A stretch of DNA of 64,000 bases, taken from Eledone cirrhosa. Its lineage: Eukaryota. Below, in pieces: positions 56,742 through 64,000 of the stretch; the stretch's first letter is position 1, and each line of letters opens with the position of its first letter. Position numbers and translations under genes: made by a program. The notes beneath the pieces are model-generated. The model was given only the letters and a program-made list of their open reading frames with translations, did no database searches and was not told the DNA's origin. The stretch is taken from contig OZ024756.1 of the NCBI GenBank assembly GCA_964016885.1, positions 14,818,001-14,882,000 of the forward strand, written 5' to 3'.

Positions 56742-59116
56742 ATAGATAGATAGATAGATAGATAGAGAGGAAGAATCAAACACTATATTTTAGTTATCTA
56801 TCATATGTATCAATCTGGAAGCAATGAACGGCAAAGTTAACCCTGAGATTTAAACACAGACCACACACTATAGACCCCTACACAATATTTCTATGTTAAT
56901 GTATTAACACAAACATACATTTTATCTGACTGTGAGTATTTAAAAGCTATGATCATATTGCAGAAGCAACAGTTAGAAAACTATAGTTCATATCGCTAGA
57001 GGGTAGGACGCCATGCTTTGAAGCATTGAGTTACCTCCCTTTATGATCTGAGTTCAAATCCCGTAAGGATGAAAGGAAAAGTTAACCTCGGCAGGATTTG
57101 AATTCGGATCAGAAAGGGGCGTAACTCTGTGCTACAAAGCATGTTGTCCCACCCTCTACCGATACTGCCAAACATGAAATCAAAATAATATTCTGTTAAA
57201 ATATATTTTATAACACCCCTAAAAATGTTTCTCCCCAGTAAAGAACTCACATCGATAAAAGAATGTTACACATATGTATCATCTATCGACAAAATGACAC
57301 ACGTACGCTTCAGTATTGTTTAATAAAATAGGCGTTCTCTGATCATTATTTTGCAGAGTTACGTCCCTTTACGATCTGAGTTCAAATCCCGCCGAGGTTA
57401 ACTTTGCCTTTCATTCATACAGAGGTCGATAAAATAAAGTACCAGTAATGTACTGGGTAATTGCTGGCCTTGTGCCAAAAATAGAAACAATTATTTTGCG
57501 GTGGATTGGCAGTATCGGTAGAGGGTCAGACGCCATGCTTTGCAGCAAAGAGTTACGACCCTTTATGATCTGAGTTCAAATCCCGCCGAGGTTAACTTTG
57601 CCTTTCATCCTTACGAGGTCGATAAAATAAAGTACCAGTAATGCACTGGGATAATTGCCGGCCTTGTGCCAAAAGTAGAAATAATTATTTTACAAATGTA
57701 TTAATCTTTTTTTTTTAAATTCATATTAGTGGTCCGTAGGATTTAAAACTATGAAAGCGACCGCTGCTTTAGGGGGTAGCTTAAGAAAGGTTCTTACATA
57801 AAAATTATAATAAAGGTTTTTAGATAAATATGAGCATTCTTTAATGAATAGTTCTGAAACAATTTTGTAACTTCAAAAAAAGTCGAAAGGGTGTCTCGTG
57901 CCCCGAGGCTCACTAGGCCAGTGCTTAACTCGGTTTCTGTGGTGTTAAGTGACTGAGAGTAACCCCCCCCCCCCCCACGACATTAGGATCGTACGTCCAA
58001 CACCCTTACCACTAGGCCACGCGCCTAAAGAGGGCTAACGCTATAGTAACAATTAAAAAGTAAGGCATTGATACATTGGTTATGCCAGAATATTGCTTCA
58101 GCCGACAGCTTCGATATAAATCAATTGAAATATAAACAACAGTTATACTAGTAATTCGAAACTAGCGTTGGTTTGGTCTCACAATAAAAATTATGAGTTA
58201 TGACAGTCACTGATAATGATTTTATAATAACATTAGTTTTTTTAAATTCAATATTTTATTACTATTTTAAAATACACAGGCGCGCAGGCATACGTACTCG
58301 CACGTGAATACACACACACAAACTCTCTCTCTCTTATATATATATATATATATATAAATTAATAAAAACAATGAAATAAAAACAAAGAACAAGTTCCTTA
58401 TATCAAAAAATTCATCATTTTACGATCGTTTCTGGGATGTGTGTTGGTATGTATATCATGTTTGAGATCTATGTAAAAATATTACAAATTATCAGAGAAA
58501 ATATACATACCTTCACATATACATGCCGTGCTCAGAAATGATGAGATGTGTTTATTGAAAAAAAAAAAGAATTGATATAAAGTGTCTGTTTGGGAACAGA
58601 TTTTGAATTGACCAACAGAAATGATTTAGAGGTCAAGTTGATAGAATAACAGTAGTAGAAATTAAATCTAGGAGTGGAGAAGTACAAATTAAGGCTTTGA
58701 ATTAAAAGAATACAATGGTGAGGAGACAATAAAGTCAAGTAAATAGTGAAGTGTACACGAAAATTTGATGTTATTAAAGAATGTTGTTAAAAACGAAGGA
58801 AAACATTTTTTTTGGGGGGATAAGGGTATTAGTGAGAAATACCAATCTTATTTAAACTACAAGGAATCTAGATACATAACAGGAAAATAAATTAATTGAT
58901 AGGTATACTTACAGGGATAAAATTATATTAATTCATATGAATGTGATAAATAAAGAAGTATAAAATTAAAGCAATAAAAAATATATGTATGGAAAAACTG
59001 AGATAGATAAACAAATTTATAAAATGTATTGTATCTATACAGACATTGATGATGTTAAAGATATTAATTATAATTAATAATCATAGGTATTAAATGTGAT
59101 AAATAGGGGGGATATA

Positions 59117-59171
<55 letters not shown>

Positions 59172-59264
59172 GAAGTAATTCCGTCGGAAAGGTCCAGGAA
59201 AAAAGAGTGCTCTATGTAGGTTACATAGCTTAATAGTTATGTAATAAACAACATAAGGCAATTA

Positions 59265-59325
59265 TTTCATTTACCAGTGGTTTCTTGAAAGCAAACAAAT
59301 TTTGCTTTCAATCATCAGAATGAAA
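59265..59325 (-). ncRNA. Complete type I hammerhead motif; further copies at 62390-62450 (+) and 62605-62665 (-)
   Basis: UUUCAUU CUGAUGA UUGAAAGCAAA-AUUUG-UUUGCUUUCAA GAAA CC-ACU-GG UA^ AAUGAAA; 7-bp stem I and 11-bp stem II. Confidence 0.8.
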
Positions 59326-59379
59326 AAATCCTGGTGTATTTATTGACATTGGATTTTAAAAACAAAAATATAATCTATA

Positions 59380-62586
<3,207 letters not shown>

Positions 62587-63063
62587 AACAACATAAGGCA
62601 ATTATTTCATTTACCAGTGGTTTCTTAAAAGCAAACACATTTTGCTTTCAATCATCAGAATGAAAAAATCCTGGTGTATTTATTGACATTGGATTTTAAA
62701 AGCAAAATATAATCTTTACACAATCCAGCCTCCTGTCATTTCATTGGCAGTATCGGTAGAGGGTCGGACGCCATGCTTTCCAGCATAGTTACGTCCCTTT
62801 ACGATCTGAGTTCAAATCCTGCCGAGGTTGACTTTGCCTTTCATCCTTACGGGGTCGATAAAATAAAGTACCAGTAATGCACTGGGTAATTGCTGGCCTT
62901 GTGCCTAAAGTAGAAACAATTATCATATTTAACTCCGTAATAGCACCACCAACTACAAAAACAAAGACGGTTGAACTGCTTTACGTTGAGTACTCTCTAT
63001 ATTATTACATTACGATTGACCATACGGAATAGACCAGCTCTATACAGTGGTGAACCTCAAAAC

Positions 63064-63128
<65 letters not shown>

Positions 63129-63197
63129 AAAACAAATAACGAAACGAAATTAAATTTCGCTTCGTTTGTAACTCACTTTTGTATGACTGACGCTTAA

Positions 63198-63679
<482 letters not shown>

Positions 63680-64000
63680 GTGCATTGCTTAGTAGTTAAA
63701 GCATCGGGCTTGCAATCGAAAGGTTGTGAGTTCAATTCTCGGACCGGGTGATGTGTTGTTTCCTTGAGCAAGACACTTTATTTCACGTTGCTCCAGTTTA
63801 CTCAGCTATAGAAATGAGTACCAGCCTGCCCGCCCAGCCAGTGGGATGGCGTTATCTTATGGCTAAAACAGCCGATTGGCGCCCGACAGACTGGTCGGTC
63901 AAGGTGATCAAGGTAATATATATATATATCATCATCATCATCATCATCGATTAACGTCCATCATCCACACCAGCATGGGTTAGAGGGTTTGGTTCCATTT

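Overview
This is eukaryotic, AT-rich and repeat-dense animal DNA. The microsatellite load and SINE types suggest a coleoid cephalopod such as Octopus, which is an inference. The only host gene I can support is a 6-exon minus-strand N4BP1/KHNYN-like NYN ribonuclease (CDS 29936->16030, 789 aa, all GT-AG junctions in frame). The rest is mobile DNA: a decayed Helitron, RTE fragments, two tRNA-type SINE families, pogo-, hAT- and piggyBac-type MITEs, a Penelope GIY-YIG remnant and an R4/Dong remnant. Three systems stand out. (1) A Tx1-clade LINE family whose seven copies, one nearly intact and full length, all sit in (GATA/TATC)n microsatellites and stack head-to-tail. (2) A dense population of short (TA)n-associated fold-back elements carrying type I hammerhead ribozyme motifs, about 10 complete plus many half or decayed ones, many sharing a GAG-NN-CTY 3' motif; these are probably Penelope-like or retrozyme-like. 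(3) A ~6 kb satellite that grew from the stop-codon region of the Dong element. All coordinates were read by eye and repeat boundaries are approximate.
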